Shown piece after piece: positions 29,146 to 39,255 of a stretch of DNA of 64,000 nucleotides. The stretch comes from Patescibacteria group bacterium (GTDB taxonomy: Bacteria; Patescibacteriota; Patescibacteriia; Veblenbacterales; UBA10138), in assembly GCA_018817715.1 (NCBI GenBank), contig JAHITT010000006.1, positions 139,147-203,146 on the forward strand, written 5' to 3'. Below the pieces are notes generated by a model. It was not told where the DNA came from, searched no databases, and saw nothing but the letters and a program-made list of their open reading frames with translations. The position numbers and the translations under genes were made by a program. The stretch's first letter is position 1. Every line of letters starts with the position of its first letter.

Positions 29146-29541
29146 CTAAGCTAAAAAATCAAAATATAAACCTATTAACAAAGCGACAGCCGAAGTAAAA
29201 AAAATAAAAATATAATTCAATTTTTCTTTACTAGACTGTAAGCTATACAAAATATAATGCAAAGTGGATTTTTCTTCATTGCTTAAAGCTGTTACAGCTG
29301 AAATCCTATTAGCTAAATCGTAATTCTTTATCAAAGCGACCCGGTGCTGACTTATTTGATAACGATGAATAAAATATAAAATAAAACCAACTGTACCAAT
29401 GTACCAGGATATTTTTACCCACAGAGCACTATAATTATTCAACACAATAATTATCCGATAAGCCAAAGTGGCCACCAAACCTGACCAAAAATAAAACTCT
29501 CTAACCAAACGACTATGGGTTTTTGTTTGCGGTAAATCCAT
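29146..29541 (-). CDS. Hypothetical membrane protein
   Basis: About 3 TM segments; in line with the Nramp gene. Confidence 0.7.
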   Translation of the reverse strand: MDLPQTKTHSRLVREFYFWSGLVATLAYRIIIVLNNYSALWVKISWYIGTVGFILYFIHRYQISQHRVALIKNYDLANRISAVTALSNEEKSTLHYILYSLQSSKEKLNYIFIFFTSAVALLIGLYFDFLA

Positions 29542-29602
29542 AAAAATTTATTTTAACCCCATCTTAATGGGGCCGGCTGCACAAGCCAACCAAACTTAAT
29601 AA

Positions 29603-30535
29603 TTAATTATTAAACAATTGTGGATCGCACAACTTATCTTCATTGTTACAATCTAATTGTAACCAATTATAAAAATTTTCCGGCGAACCATCAAAAGCAA
29701 AAAATACCTGTTTAACTGTAGGAAATTGTTTAAGAGTATTTTCTAGTTGTCCTAAAAACTGAGCTGAACCGCAACTACTACTAGCGCCAGGAATTATTGT
29801 TCTTAAATCCCGTAAATTAACATAAACTCGACCCTTTTTAAAAGACATGCTAATTATTTTATTAGCTGTCTGTTGACTGAACCAAGAGTTGTAGCCTTGC
29901 TTTTTTTCCTCAACCGTTGGGCCTAATAACAATTGATTCAAAGCCTGCTCTTCAATTCGAGAATTTTTTTGCACTAAACGTTTAACCGGCTCAACTAACG
30001 AACAATCAAAATCTTTTTCTACTGGCTGGCTAAAATAAACATCATAAGATACTGAATGGTCCTCTTTAGAATAATCCACTTTAAAAGTCCTGGCTATTCT
30101 AGCAAATAAATCGTCAGCTATATCAGACTGCCAAATAAACACTTTATCCTTGGTCCAAGTCAAAACAAACTCTTTGTCAGACAGGCTATTCTTAAGCCAA
30201 CCATCCAACGGATAAACTAAAATCGCAAATTTCTTTTGACCAGCCTGATAAAAAACTATATCCACCTTATCAGCCAAGACGCTTTTAACGACCTCGTAAT
30301 TACCCGCCCAACTAGTGGGCAAATTTAAAACAAAATTATGAGCCAAACTTTTATAAAAAACTGTTAATTCTTCGGCCTGATTAATCTGATTATTCTGAGG
30401 TAAGGCCCGCTTCGCTGGCCCCAGCCTAAAATACCAAAACAAAGCCAATAAACAAAAAGTCAACAAAATAAGGCTCTGACCAAATCCACGTCCACAAACG
30501 GGCTTAGATTTTATAAAACAAAAAAATTTATTCAT
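29603..30535 (-). CDS. Membrane-anchored GerMN-domain protein
   Basis: N-terminal TM; VKR...ALNQLLLGPT.EEK.QGY; QLENTLKQFPTVKQV.F.FDG. Confidence 0.8.
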   Translation of the reverse strand: MNKFFCFIKSKPVCGRGFGQSLILLTFCLLALFWYFRLGPAKRALPQNNQINQAEELTVFYKSLAHNFVLNLPTSWAGNYEVVKSVLADKVDIVFYQAGQKKFAILVYPLDGWLKNSLSDKEFVLTWTKDKVFIWQSDIADDLFARIARTFKVDYSKEDHSVSYDVYFSQPVEKDFDCSLVEPVKRLVQKNSRIEEQALNQLLLGPTVEEKKQGYNSWFSQQTANKIISMSFKKGRVYVNLRDLRTIIPGASSSCGSAQFLGQLENTLKQFPTVKQVFFAFDGSPENFYNWLQLDCNNEDKLCDPQLFNN

Positions 30536-30642
30536 CTAATTAAAATATTAACGGCTTACCCTTTATAAATATAGCAAAATTACCCCAGGACGGACAGTAA
30601 ACCTAGCCTAAGATAAAAATCTTCTGCTATAATAAATCTATT

Positions 30643-32049
30643 ATGTCCAATCTTATACCCAATTTGTCCCAAAGCTCCGAATCAAATCAGCTACTTAACC
30701 CACCCAGTGGCACCCTAACCCAACAAATTAACAATCATTTTAAAAACAATAAAAAAAGATATAAAAATACCTTTTACATTGCTATTATTTTGGTTATCTT
30801 TGCTAGTGGCGGCTTAGGTGGTTATTGGTATTCACAAAAAAAGGGCCCGCCAACAACCGAACAACTAAATCCCAAAACTGCTTTCCTACTAGAAATCTAC
30901 GATAAAATTAAACAAAACTATTGGGAAAAAATACCCGACGATCAACTGGCTGGTTTATACAAACTGGGAGCGGAAAAAATTACCAACCGACCACAAAGCA
31001 TGAATTCATTGGATAAAGAGGGAGTTAAAAATCTAGCTGATAGAATTCTAAGCAATTTAAACGACCAAGAACAAAAAGAATTGGCTGTAAACTTAGGCGA
31101 CATGGTACTAGCTAATCTTAAACCATTTAACCGTAGCCGACTTTTTACAATTACCAAGGAAAAAGAGCTTAGAGAAACCGTTAGTAACATTGATCGTACA
31201 GCCGATCTTTATGAAAATTTAGATTTAGATAAAAACGCTTCCCAACAACAAATAACCGATACTTTCCAAACCAAAGCGGCTGAACTAACTAAAGACACCT
31301 CTCCTGAAGGCCAACAAAAACTGGCCCAAGTCAAACGAGCTTATGAGGCTTTAGGCGATAAAGCTAGCCGCCAAATTTATGATTCTACCGGCATAGAACC
31401 AACTGTTCTGGGAAAAATATTTGAACCAGATATTTACTACATCCAAATAAAACGTATTTCCCCCACAACTTTTGATGAATTTCAAAAAGTCGCCAACAGC
31501 GTTAGTAACAACAAAAACCTAAATAACCTTATTTTGGACTTACGTAGTAATATTGGTGGCGCTATTGATATCCTGCCCTACTTTTTAGGCTTTTTTGTGG
31601 GTGAAAATACCTACGCTTATGAATTTTACCACCAAGGCGAACCCCAACCCTTTAAAACCAAAACCGGCTGGCTAAACAGTTTAGTAAAGTATAAAAAAGT
31701 AGTTATTTTAACAGATGGCGCTACCCAATCCTCGGCTGAAGTTATTGCCGCTAGTCTTAAAAAATACAATGTCGGTGTTGTTTTGGGCAGTCCGACTAAA
31801 GGTTGGGGCACAGTAGAAAACACTTTTCCACTTAATACTATAATCGACCCTAATGAAGCTTATTCTATATTTATGGTACACAGTTTAACCTTGCGCGACG
31901 ACGGCCAACCCATTGAAGGCAAAGGTGTGGACCCTTTAATAAACCTAAGCGACCCGACTTGGCCCGAACAACTCTATGCCCATTTTAATTACCAGGGTTT
32001 AATAGATACTATAAAAAAAATAATTGCCCCAACCAAAACAACTGACTAA
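30643..32049 (+). CDS. Membrane-anchored S41 (C-terminal processing) peptidase with an inserted J-like domain
   Basis: TM near aa 45-63; ILDLRSNIGG, TQSSAEV, IEGKGVDP; segment DLYENL...AYEALGD...RQIYD. Confidence 0.8.
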   Translation: MSNLIPNLSQSSESNQLLNPPSGTLTQQINNHFKNNKKRYKNTFYIAIILVIFASGGLGGYWYSQKKGPPTTEQLNPKTAFLLEIYDKIKQNYWEKIPDDQLAGLYKLGAEKITNRPQSMNSLDKEGVKNLADRILSNLNDQEQKELAVNLGDMVLANLKPFNRSRLFTITKEKELRETVSNIDRTADLYENLDLDKNASQQQITDTFQTKAAELTKDTSPEGQQKLAQVKRAYEALGDKASRQIYDSTGIEPTVLGKIFEPDIYYIQIKRISPTTFDEFQKVANSVSNNKNLNNLILDLRSNIGGAIDILPYFLGFFVGENTYAYEFYHQGEPQPFKTKTGWLNSLVKYKKVVILTDGATQSSAEVIAASLKKYNVGVVLGSPTKGWGTVENTFPLNTIIDPNEAYSIFMVHSLTLRDDGQPIEGKGVDPLINLSDPTWPEQLYAHFNYQGLIDTIKKIIAPTKTTD

Positions 32050-32089
32050 TTAAGTTACACCTAAAAATACTTAATCCTTACCAACTACA

Positions 32090-32120
32090 AACTACCGGAT
32101 TTATAAGTCCGGTAGTTTTT
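32090..32120. terminator. Bidirectional terminator
   Basis: AAACTACCGGA-TTTATAAG-TCCGGTAGTTTTT. Confidence 0.75.
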
Positions 32121-32122
32121 AA

Positions 32123-32998
32123 TTAACCTAAAACTATCAAAACAGTTCCTAAAATCATAACACCAGCGGCCATTAATTTATGAAACAAATTTTTTTCCTG
32201 CCAAATTTCACCGCCAACTAAAGTAGAAAACAACGATTCTGTTCTTTTAATGGCTATAACCAAACCAACATAAGCCATAGAGATGGCTTCGGCCTGAAAC
32301 CAACGATAGCTAATAGTTAAAAAAGACACCAAAACAATCCACCAACCGGCTTGTTTAAAACCTATTTTTAAATCATTAAAACCATCGTGCCAAATAAAAA
32401 TCATGGCCAATAAATTTATTCCCAAAAATAAATGAATTAAAAAAATATAAGTTAGGGTATCCAACTGATAATAACCCAAAACTACTCTATCAACGATACC
32501 GGTAATACCATAAAGCACTAAAGCCAAAAAAATATAATGAATATATTTATTACCTCGAATAATTTTAAAAGGTTCCAACCAACCGGCGGACTTATGACTT
32601 TCCAATATATAAAGCCCAAGGATTAAAAAACCTAAACCTAAAGTTTGCCAACGACTAAAAGACTCGCCCAGTATAAGATAAGCTAAAAGCGCCGTAATGG
32701 CTGGACCTATAATAAATAAAGGAGAAGAGGCACTAATTTCCATATGCCTAACCCCTTTAGCTACCAACAAAAAAGCTGCGGCGGCCACAAAAGAAATTAA
32801 TAATAAATATATAAAAACCTTTAAATCAATACCCCGCCAATCAACAAAAAAAATCAAAGGCAGGCACAACAATAAATTAGCCAAACCCAAAGTAGCCGCA
32901 TAAGACATAGCGTGCTCTTTTCGCAAAACATTTTTTTGGGTGATGGTGGCCAAGCCGCCTAACAAAGCGGCCATAATAGCAAAAAAATACCAAGGCAT
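32123..32998 (-). CDS. EamA/DMT family transporter
   Basis: About 10 TM helices in two repeats, AYLILGE, KRT...GGEIWQEK. Confidence 0.85.
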   Translation of the reverse strand: MPWYFFAIMAALLGGLATITQKNVLRKEHAMSYAATLGLANLLLCLPLIFFVDWRGIDLKVFIYLLLISFVAAAAFLLVAKGVRHMEISASSPLFIIGPAITALLAYLILGESFSRWQTLGLGFLILGLYILESHKSAGWLEPFKIIRGNKYIHYIFLALVLYGITGIVDRVVLGYYQLDTLTYIFLIHLFLGINLLAMIFIWHDGFNDLKIGFKQAGWWIVLVSFLTISYRWFQAEAISMAYVGLVIAIKRTESLFSTLVGGEIWQEKNLFHKLMAAGVMILGTVLIVLG

Positions 32999-33098
32999 AA
33001 TAAAAATATTATATCATACCTACCTTAAGTTTAAACAATTGACAGTTTCTAATCTATCTGTTTAGATAGACTTAAAAACAAACAATAGGAACTTAACA

Positions 33099-33899
33099 AT
33101 GAAAAACTATTATAATTTTCGCACAGCTCTGCGCTATGATTTATCTTACCAATCCAAAATAAAAGATAAATCTATCTTCCCGAATTTCTTTTTTTATTTA
33201 CGAGTTTTTGTCGCTATTCTTCAAGGTGCTTGGCTGGCTAAAAAAAGAAAATTTAATGAAAGTACTTGGGCTGAAACTTCCTTAAAAATGATTGAAGCGG
33301 CTGAAGCAGTTGGTGGCCAGTTTTATATAAACGGACTACAAAATATTAGTAAAACTTTTAACCGTCCAGTGGTGTTTATGGCTAACCATATGAGTACTTT
33401 AGAAAATTTCTGTTTGCCGGTTATTTTGTTAAGTTTTAAAAATATTACCTTTGTTGTAAAAAAAGAACTTCTAACCTATCCTATTTTCGGCCATATTATG
33501 AAGGCTACTAATCCAGTAGCTTTAAATAGACTAAACCCTAGAGAAGATTTACAAACCATGATGGCTGATTGTTCAAAAAAGTTAAAACAAGGCATCTCAA
33601 TAATAATTTTTCCCCAACATACGCGTCGTGACAAAATAATTCCCAGTCAATTTAATTCTATAGCTGTTAAAATAGCTACCGCTAACAATGTACCCATAAT
33701 TCCTATTGCTCTTAAAACAGACTTTTGGGCTAATGGAAAAAGGCTAAAAGATTTTGGTAAGATTAATCCTAATAAGAAAATTCATATTGCCTTTGGTCAA
33801 CCCATCAAAATGTCCACTAATCCTTCAGCGGCTGAACAAAAGATAACCCATAATCAAGCTGTTGATTTTATAGTAGCCTGCCATAAGCAATGGCAATAA
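33099..33899 (+). CDS. Lysophospholipid (1-acyl-glycerol-3-phosphate) acyltransferase family protein
   Basis: VFMANHMSTLE (HxxxxD-like), FVVKKEL, IFPQHTR, VPIIPIAL. Confidence 0.8.
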   Translation: MKNYYNFRTALRYDLSYQSKIKDKSIFPNFFFYLRVFVAILQGAWLAKKRKFNESTWAETSLKMIEAAEAVGGQFYINGLQNISKTFNRPVVFMANHMSTLENFCLPVILLSFKNITFVVKKELLTYPIFGHIMKATNPVALNRLNPREDLQTMMADCSKKLKQGISIIIFPQHTRRDKIIPSQFNSIAVKIATANNVPIIPIALKTDFWANGKRLKDFGKINPNKKIHIAFGQPIKMSTNPSAAEQKITHNQAVDFIVACHKQWQ

Positions 33900-34007
33900 T
33901 AAAATTACCTCGGATTTACTTTTAAACCTTTTACAAAAGTAAATCCGTTTTATTTTATAAAAAAGCTTACAAAAAAACTCCACCTTAAACAGGTAGAGTG
34001 TTAAAAA

Positions 34008-34085
34008 TGGTAGTCCCATGGGGATTCGAACCCCAGTTTTCTCCGTGAGAGGGAGACGTCCTGGACCGGACTAGACGATGGGACC
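34008..34085 (-). tRNA. tRNA-Glu (anticodon CTC)
   Basis: GGTCCCATCGTCTAGTCCGGTCCAGGACGTCTCCCTCTCACGGAGAAAACTGGGGTTCGAATCCCCATGGGACTACCA: cloverleaf with encoded CCA. Confidence 0.96.
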
Positions 34086-34224
34086 AAAATAACCTATAAC
34101 CAAAGTTTGATAGCTAAATAACAGTAAATTAGAAAATAACCCAAGTCAAGCCAAAACAAAGCTAATACTTTAAATTATTTTAAAACTATAAAATAAACGT
34201 TACTATTTATAAACTGTTTATCTA

Positions 34225-35511
34225 TTAACTATTAAGCCAAGGTCCATATTGCCTAACTAATAATTCCCCGGCTTTTAGGGGTTCGGCCATTAATTCTTTG
34301 GTTATTTTTTCGCAGCGCACACCCTGAGAACCCTTTATTAAAACCACATCCCCTTGATTTAATCTATCTTGAATAAACAAACCAGCTTCTTGAACATTAG
34401 CAAAATGCCAAATTCTATCTTGATCCATTCCCTTAGCCAAAGCGCCGTGGCCAATGACTCTTGATTCATTGCCGACTGTTAACAAAAAATCTATGGCCAA
34501 GTTAGCAACTGTTTGCCCAACTTCTGAATGTAATTTCTCACTTTGTGAACCCAACTCCAGCATATCACCCAAAACTGCCCAACGCCGTCCGCCTACCTTA
34601 GGTAAAGGCAATCTGACTAAAGCTTGCAAAGCCGCGGCGGCGGCCCGAGGTGAAGAATTGTAAGTATCATCCAATAAAATTGTTTCTTTAATACCGGGCA
34701 ATAAACGCAACCGACCCGCTGGCAAGGTTAACTTCTCTAAACCTTCCAATATTTGTAAATTAGTAAAACCCAAGGCTTGACCAACAGCCGCCGCCGCCAA
34801 AGCAGTCAAAATCACCGGACTACCCACCGTACCCAAAACAGTAATCGGTAAATTATTACCTTGTAAAGCTAATTTAAAACTCATACCCAAAGACGGTTTC
34901 ATGGTTACAGCCGCTGACTCCGTATAAATATCAAAACCAGCGGCTTGACCATAAGTTAAAACCCGCGACTTTAAAACAGTTTTTAAAGACAATACTTTTT
35001 CATCCTCACCATTTATAATGGCCGTACCATCAAGCGGTAAAGCTTTTAACAATTTACTTTTTTCTTCCAAAATCTTTGCCAAACTACCCATAAACTCCAA
35101 ATGACTGGCTGACACAGCTGTTAACACCGCCACCTGGGGCCGAACAATTGTTAAAAGATAATCCATATCCCCGGGATGATCCACGCCATACTCCAACACT
35201 AAAAATTCCGGATAATAAAGATCCTTTTTAATTAACCGGCCAAGCGACTTGGTAAAAATAACCAACCACAAACCTAAATTTCGATAAGCCGAATCCTTAG
35301 CCAATAAAACAGTTAAAGGCAAGCCTATTTCATTATTTAAATTTTTTTGGCTGTGCCAAACAGTGCGACCACTCGTTGATATTAAATCGGCCACTGCCTG
35401 TTTAACGCTGGTCTTACCAACCGAACCGGTTATACCAATAATCACCGGACGATAACGGTATAAAGTCAGTTTGGCTAAAATCTTTAAAATAAATCTTAAT
35501 ATCTTTTTCAT
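34225..35511 (-). CDS. murF: UDP-N-acetylmuramoyl-tripeptide--D-Ala-D-Ala ligase
   Basis: GITGSVGKTS, NNEIGLPLT, LEYG, DDTYNSSP, LGDMLELG, KGSQ. Confidence 0.93.
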   Translation of the reverse strand: MKKILRFILKILAKLTLYRYRPVIIGITGSVGKTSVKQAVADLISTSGRTVWHSQKNLNNEIGLPLTVLLAKDSAYRNLGLWLVIFTKSLGRLIKKDLYYPEFLVLEYGVDHPGDMDYLLTIVRPQVAVLTAVSASHLEFMGSLAKILEEKSKLLKALPLDGTAIINGEDEKVLSLKTVLKSRVLTYGQAAGFDIYTESAAVTMKPSLGMSFKLALQGNNLPITVLGTVGSPVILTALAAAAVGQALGFTNLQILEGLEKLTLPAGRLRLLPGIKETILLDDTYNSSPRAAAAALQALVRLPLPKVGGRRWAVLGDMLELGSQSEKLHSEVGQTVANLAIDFLLTVGNESRVIGHGALAKGMDQDRIWHFANVQEAGLFIQDRLNQGDVVLIKGSQGVRCEKITKELMAEPLKAGELLVRQYGPWLNS

Positions 35512-35515
35512 AAAT

Positions 35516-37246
35516 TTATCTCTCTGGTGGCACCTGATAATACTCTAACAGAAACTTAGCCAGCTCTCCAAACAACGGAGCGGCCGAACTTTCAGCAAAC
35601 ACCACATCTTTCGGTTCGCTAATTTTAACCGCCATAACAAATCTAGGATTATCTATTGGTGCAAAACCAACAAAACTACCAATGGTTTTTTTAGGATCAT
35701 AGCCTTGGCCACCGGGCAGTGGCACTTGGGCTGTACCGGTTTTACCAGCCACATAATAACCGGGCACACCAGCCCTTTTACCATGCCCTTTTTCCACCAC
35801 ATTAACCAACATAGCCGAAACCATTGCAGCTGACTGCGGAGAAATTACCTGACGAACTGAATGAGTTTTAGTTTGTTCTATTTTACCATTAGCATACCGT
35901 ATTTCTTCGGTTATATAAGGTTTCATTAAACGCCCACCATTAGCCAATGCCCCATAAGCGGTTACTAATTGCAAAGGTGTGGCTGTTATACCTTGTCCAA
36001 AAGAAGCTGTAACTGGATAAATGTCATTGGGATCTTTAAGAGAATTTATATTACCCGGTTTTTCATGAGGTAATTCCACTCCGGTATTTTGGCCAAAGCC
36101 AAATCTTTTAACATAATCGGCAAATACTTGTCGACCAGTTTGACGCATAGCAAATATTACTCCCGTATTCAAAGATTTTTCTAAAACATTAGTCATTGTT
36201 TGAACCCCATTGGCTTTTAAATCCGAATTTCTTATAACATGACCAGACACAGCCACCTCTCCAGTATCCACATAAGTCGTGGTTGGTTTAACCTTACCGG
36301 CATCTAAAGCCGCTGCCATGGTAAATGGTTTAAAAATCGATCCCGGCTCGTAAGCTTCCGAAACTATCGGGTTACTAAATAAAGCTGAATTGGTTGTTTT
36401 GGCATAATTATTAGAATCAAACGACGGCATATTACAAGCGGCCTTAATAGCGCCAGTTTTAGGATCAATAATCACCACACTGCCGGAAGCCGCCCCGTGT
36501 TTCTTAACCGCCTCTTGTAAAGAATTACAAGCCTTATATTGAATATTCTTGTCTAAAGTTAAAACCAAATCCGCCCCGTCTTGAGCCGGTACTAATTGCC
36601 GCTGGCCAATAGAAATTATTCCACCGGCCGCATTCCTTTCCGATTTAAGCTCTCCCTGCAAACCGGCTAAATCTTTTTCCCACTGTTGTTCAATACCATA
36701 CTGACCTTCTTTACGTTCACCAACATAACCAACAAACCCCAAGATCTGCGACAAAATCCCTCCATCGGGATAAAACCTAACCACTTCAGGTACTATATGA
36801 ATCCCCTCAATTGCCAAATCAGCCACCTCTTGAGCTTGCTTGTCATCGACAGCATGTTTTAAGGGTTCGTAAGGATCATCTGGCTTAGCCAACATAGCTT
36901 TTAATTTCTCCGTATCATCACCCCAAAAAACTTTTAGTTTTTCCACGGCTTCATTAACATTTTTTATTTCTCTAGGTACAGCAAAAATAAAATTCATTGG
37001 TTTATTTACAGCCGCTGGAAACACCCGATTTACTGCTAAAGAATCTTTAACGTATATTTCTCCTCTTTCGGGAATTAATTCAGAAAAGATATCATGCTGT
37101 CCTGAAGCCAAAGCGCTATACCAACCATAACTTACAATTTGCAACTGAAACAAACGCCAAACTATCACAATCAAAAACCCAAAAAATACCAGTCTAATAA
37201 AGGCCAGCCGATAAGCTGTCGCGTTATCTTTGCTAGACTCTGGCAT
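35516..37246 (-). CDS. ftsI: Class B penicillin-binding protein (FtsI/PBP2 type)
   Basis: RGEI, YEPGSIFK (SxxK), SLN (SxN), KTGT; dcw context. Confidence 0.88.
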   Translation of the reverse strand: MPESSKDNATAYRLAFIRLVFFGFLIVIVWRLFQLQIVSYGWYSALASGQHDIFSELIPERGEIYVKDSLAVNRVFPAAVNKPMNFIFAVPREIKNVNEAVEKLKVFWGDDTEKLKAMLAKPDDPYEPLKHAVDDKQAQEVADLAIEGIHIVPEVVRFYPDGGILSQILGFVGYVGERKEGQYGIEQQWEKDLAGLQGELKSERNAAGGIISIGQRQLVPAQDGADLVLTLDKNIQYKACNSLQEAVKKHGAASGSVVIIDPKTGAIKAACNMPSFDSNNYAKTTNSALFSNPIVSEAYEPGSIFKPFTMAAALDAGKVKPTTTYVDTGEVAVSGHVIRNSDLKANGVQTMTNVLEKSLNTGVIFAMRQTGRQVFADYVKRFGFGQNTGVELPHEKPGNINSLKDPNDIYPVTASFGQGITATPLQLVTAYGALANGGRLMKPYITEEIRYANGKIEQTKTHSVRQVISPQSAAMVSAMLVNVVEKGHGKRAGVPGYYVAGKTGTAQVPLPGGQGYDPKKTIGSFVGFAPIDNPRFVMAVKISEPKDVVFAESSAAPLFGELAKFLLEYYQVPPER

Positions 37247-37252
37247 TTTAAA

Positions 37253-37591
37253 TTATTTAATAGCTACACCGATATCTGGTGGCAAGGTGGCTAAATATTC
37301 AATCTTTTCCACATTAACGTAATCAGCTTGAGCCAAACCTTCTTTAATAGCACTTAAAGACTGTAATTCTGTACCTTTAATTTCCAATTTTTTATAAGAC
37401 TCCTTAATAGTACTCAATTTATATTCTAAACCCTTAATTTCATAACCCTTAGTGGCCACCGAATTAGTTAAGACTAAATAGACTAAACCGGAGAACACCA
37501 AAGTTACAGCCAAAAATAAACCAAACCACCGCTGAGGTTCTGGCCGTCGGCTGTTTTGGTTAAAAAAATTTTTATGGCTATGTGGTAACAT
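37253..37591 (-). CDS. Putative cell division protein, FtsL-like
   Basis: Single TM plus coiled coil, located between rsmH and ftsI. Confidence 0.65.
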   Translation of the reverse strand: MLPHSHKNFFNQNSRRPEPQRWFGLFLAVTLVFSGLVYLVLTNSVATKGYEIKGLEYKLSTIKESYKKLEIKGTELQSLSAIKEGLAQADYVNVEKIEYLATLPPDIGVAIK

Positions 37592-37614
37592 TTTATTTTT
37601 TATTATTTTAATAT

Positions 37615-38559
37615 CTAGATAACTTGAGCGATTCTTAATTTAGCGCTACGGGCTCGAGAATTTATTTTTATTTCCTGAGCCGTTGCCTCTAAGGGCTTAA
37701 CTGTAATTATTTTTAAACGCGCTTGGTGCTGGCAGCGGCAAACCGGATAAGCTGGCGGACATAAACAATTTTTAGCTTCTGTTTTAAAAAAATCTTTTAC
37801 TATTCTATCCTCGCCAGAATGAAAACTAATTATAGCCAACCGACCACCCAACGATACTAATTGTAAAATTTTGGGCAAAACCTGTTTCAACTGATCCAAC
37901 TCGTTATTAACAACTATCCTTAAGGCCTGCCAAACTAAAGCGGCTGGTTGAAGCGAGTGGCGTCCACCTCCCTTAATTTTATTTACGGCCGATAATAAAT
38001 CCTCGGTCGTACGAAAGGGGGCCAAACGTCTCTGCTCCACAATAATCCGGGCTAAAGTTTTAGACTTAGGCAATTGTCCATAAACTTCAAAAATTTTCCA
38101 TAATTCAACAAAGGTTAAATTGTTAAGTAAGTCAGCTGCTGTTTGCCCTTGGCTAACATCAAAACGTAAATCTAGTGGTCCATCATTTTTAAAAGAAAAT
38201 CCTCTAGTGGTATCAGATAATTGAGCCGATGATAAGCCCAAGTCGAGTAGCACTCCAGCCAAGTTGTTAAAGCCGTTAGATAAAGCATAATCAGTTACAT
38301 TAATATAAGAATCCTGAATAAAAGTTACTCGGCCGTTAAACTGTTTTAAATTTACAACCGCGGCGGCTAAAGCGACTTTATCCCTATCCATAGCCAGCAA
38401 ACGACCCTTAGGGCCAGTTGAAGCTAATAAGGCAGCCGCGTGACCTCCACCCCCCACCGTGCCATCAATAAAATTTTGTCCCGGCTGGGGGTTCAGGCCA
38501 TTTATTACTTCTTGTAAAAGAACCGGCTCGTGCTGATAAGTCATGGCATCTAGAGCCAA
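37615..38559 (-). CDS. rsmH: 16S rRNA m4C1402 methyltransferase
   Basis: HEPVLLQE, DGTVGGGGH, DLGLSS.QL, RGFSF, QALRIVVN, ISFHSGEDRIVK, RSAKLR. Confidence 0.96.
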   Translation of the reverse strand: MALDAMTYQHEPVLLQEVINGLNPQPGQNFIDGTVGGGGHAAALLASTGPKGRLLAMDRDKVALAAAVVNLKQFNGRVTFIQDSYINVTDYALSNGFNNLAGVLLDLGLSSAQLSDTTRGFSFKNDGPLDLRFDVSQGQTAADLLNNLTFVELWKIFEVYGQLPKSKTLARIIVEQRRLAPFRTTEDLLSAVNKIKGGGRHSLQPAALVWQALRIVVNNELDQLKQVLPKILQLVSLGGRLAIISFHSGEDRIVKDFFKTEAKNCLCPPAYPVCRCQHQARLKIITVKPLEATAQEIKINSRARSAKLRIAQVI

Positions 38560-38562
38560 TTA

Positions 38563-38994
38563 TTAAACACCTAGTTCACCCAAAGCTTCGGCAATAGCCG
38601 TAGAAGACTTTTCGGTTGTTTTTTTATAAATTGCCCAACGTGACTTATCCCATAATTCCAATCTATCGTATAAACCAGCTACTACTATTTCTTTTTTTAA
38701 ACCGGCATAAGATCTTAAATAATCAGGCAACAAAACCCGACCCTGACTATCTACTTCCACATCCATGGCACCAGCCAGCATTAACCTGGCAAAAGCTCTA
38801 GTATTAGCCTGACTAATCGGTAAATTAGCTAATTTTTTAGCCAAAACATTCCAAGCTGATTTAGTATAAACAAATAAACAGTTGTCCAACCCTCTGGTAA
38901 CAACTGCTCCACTCTTTAATTCAAGTCTAAATTTAACCGGTACGGCTAACCGCCCTTTGTCGTCCAACGCGTGTTGATATTCGCCAATAAACAT
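38563..38994 (-). CDS. mraZ: Division/cell wall cluster repressor MraZ
   Basis: MFIGEY...DDKGRL and DSQGRVLLP duplicated motifs. Confidence 0.97.
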   Translation of the reverse strand: MFIGEYQHALDDKGRLAVPVKFRLELKSGAVVTRGLDNCLFVYTKSAWNVLAKKLANLPISQANTRAFARLMLAGAMDVEVDSQGRVLLPDYLRSYAGLKKEIVVAGLYDRLELWDKSRWAIYKKTTEKSSTAIAEALGELGV

Positions 38995-39065
38995 AAATTT
39001 GCGATTAAGCCCTTAAAAAACTAAAAAATAAACAAAAAGTCAATTCTCTAGGCCAGTTATCAACT

Positions 39066-39132
39066 TATCCCCACATTTATCCACCTTTCTACCTTCTTAT
39101 CCCATTTTACACCACCTATTTCCAACTGTCAA
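39066..39132 (-). promoter_or_regulatory. dcw promoter with MraZ-type direct repeats
   Basis: GTGG-like boxes on (-) at roughly 10-nt spacing (39071, 39081, 39089, 39102, 39112) downstream of TTGACA (39127-39132). Confidence 0.7.
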
Positions 39133-39255
39133 CACCATAAACTAAGCTAAATGTAAATATCGGATAGCTTAAAAAACCAAAAACGTTACGGAAATTATTC
39201 CTGTAACGTTTTTATAGCTAAACTAAAAAAACAAAATTAAACAACTTATACCTAC

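Noticed and set aside
33900-34085. tRNA-Glu as the integration site of an island
   Set aside because: I found no duplicate of the tRNA 3' end by eye and no integrase in the window
39055-39125. DnaA-box cluster / oriC
   Set aside because: The TTATCC-like words are better explained as 10-nt-phased MraZ repeats; perfect TTATCCACA matches elsewhere lie singly inside genes
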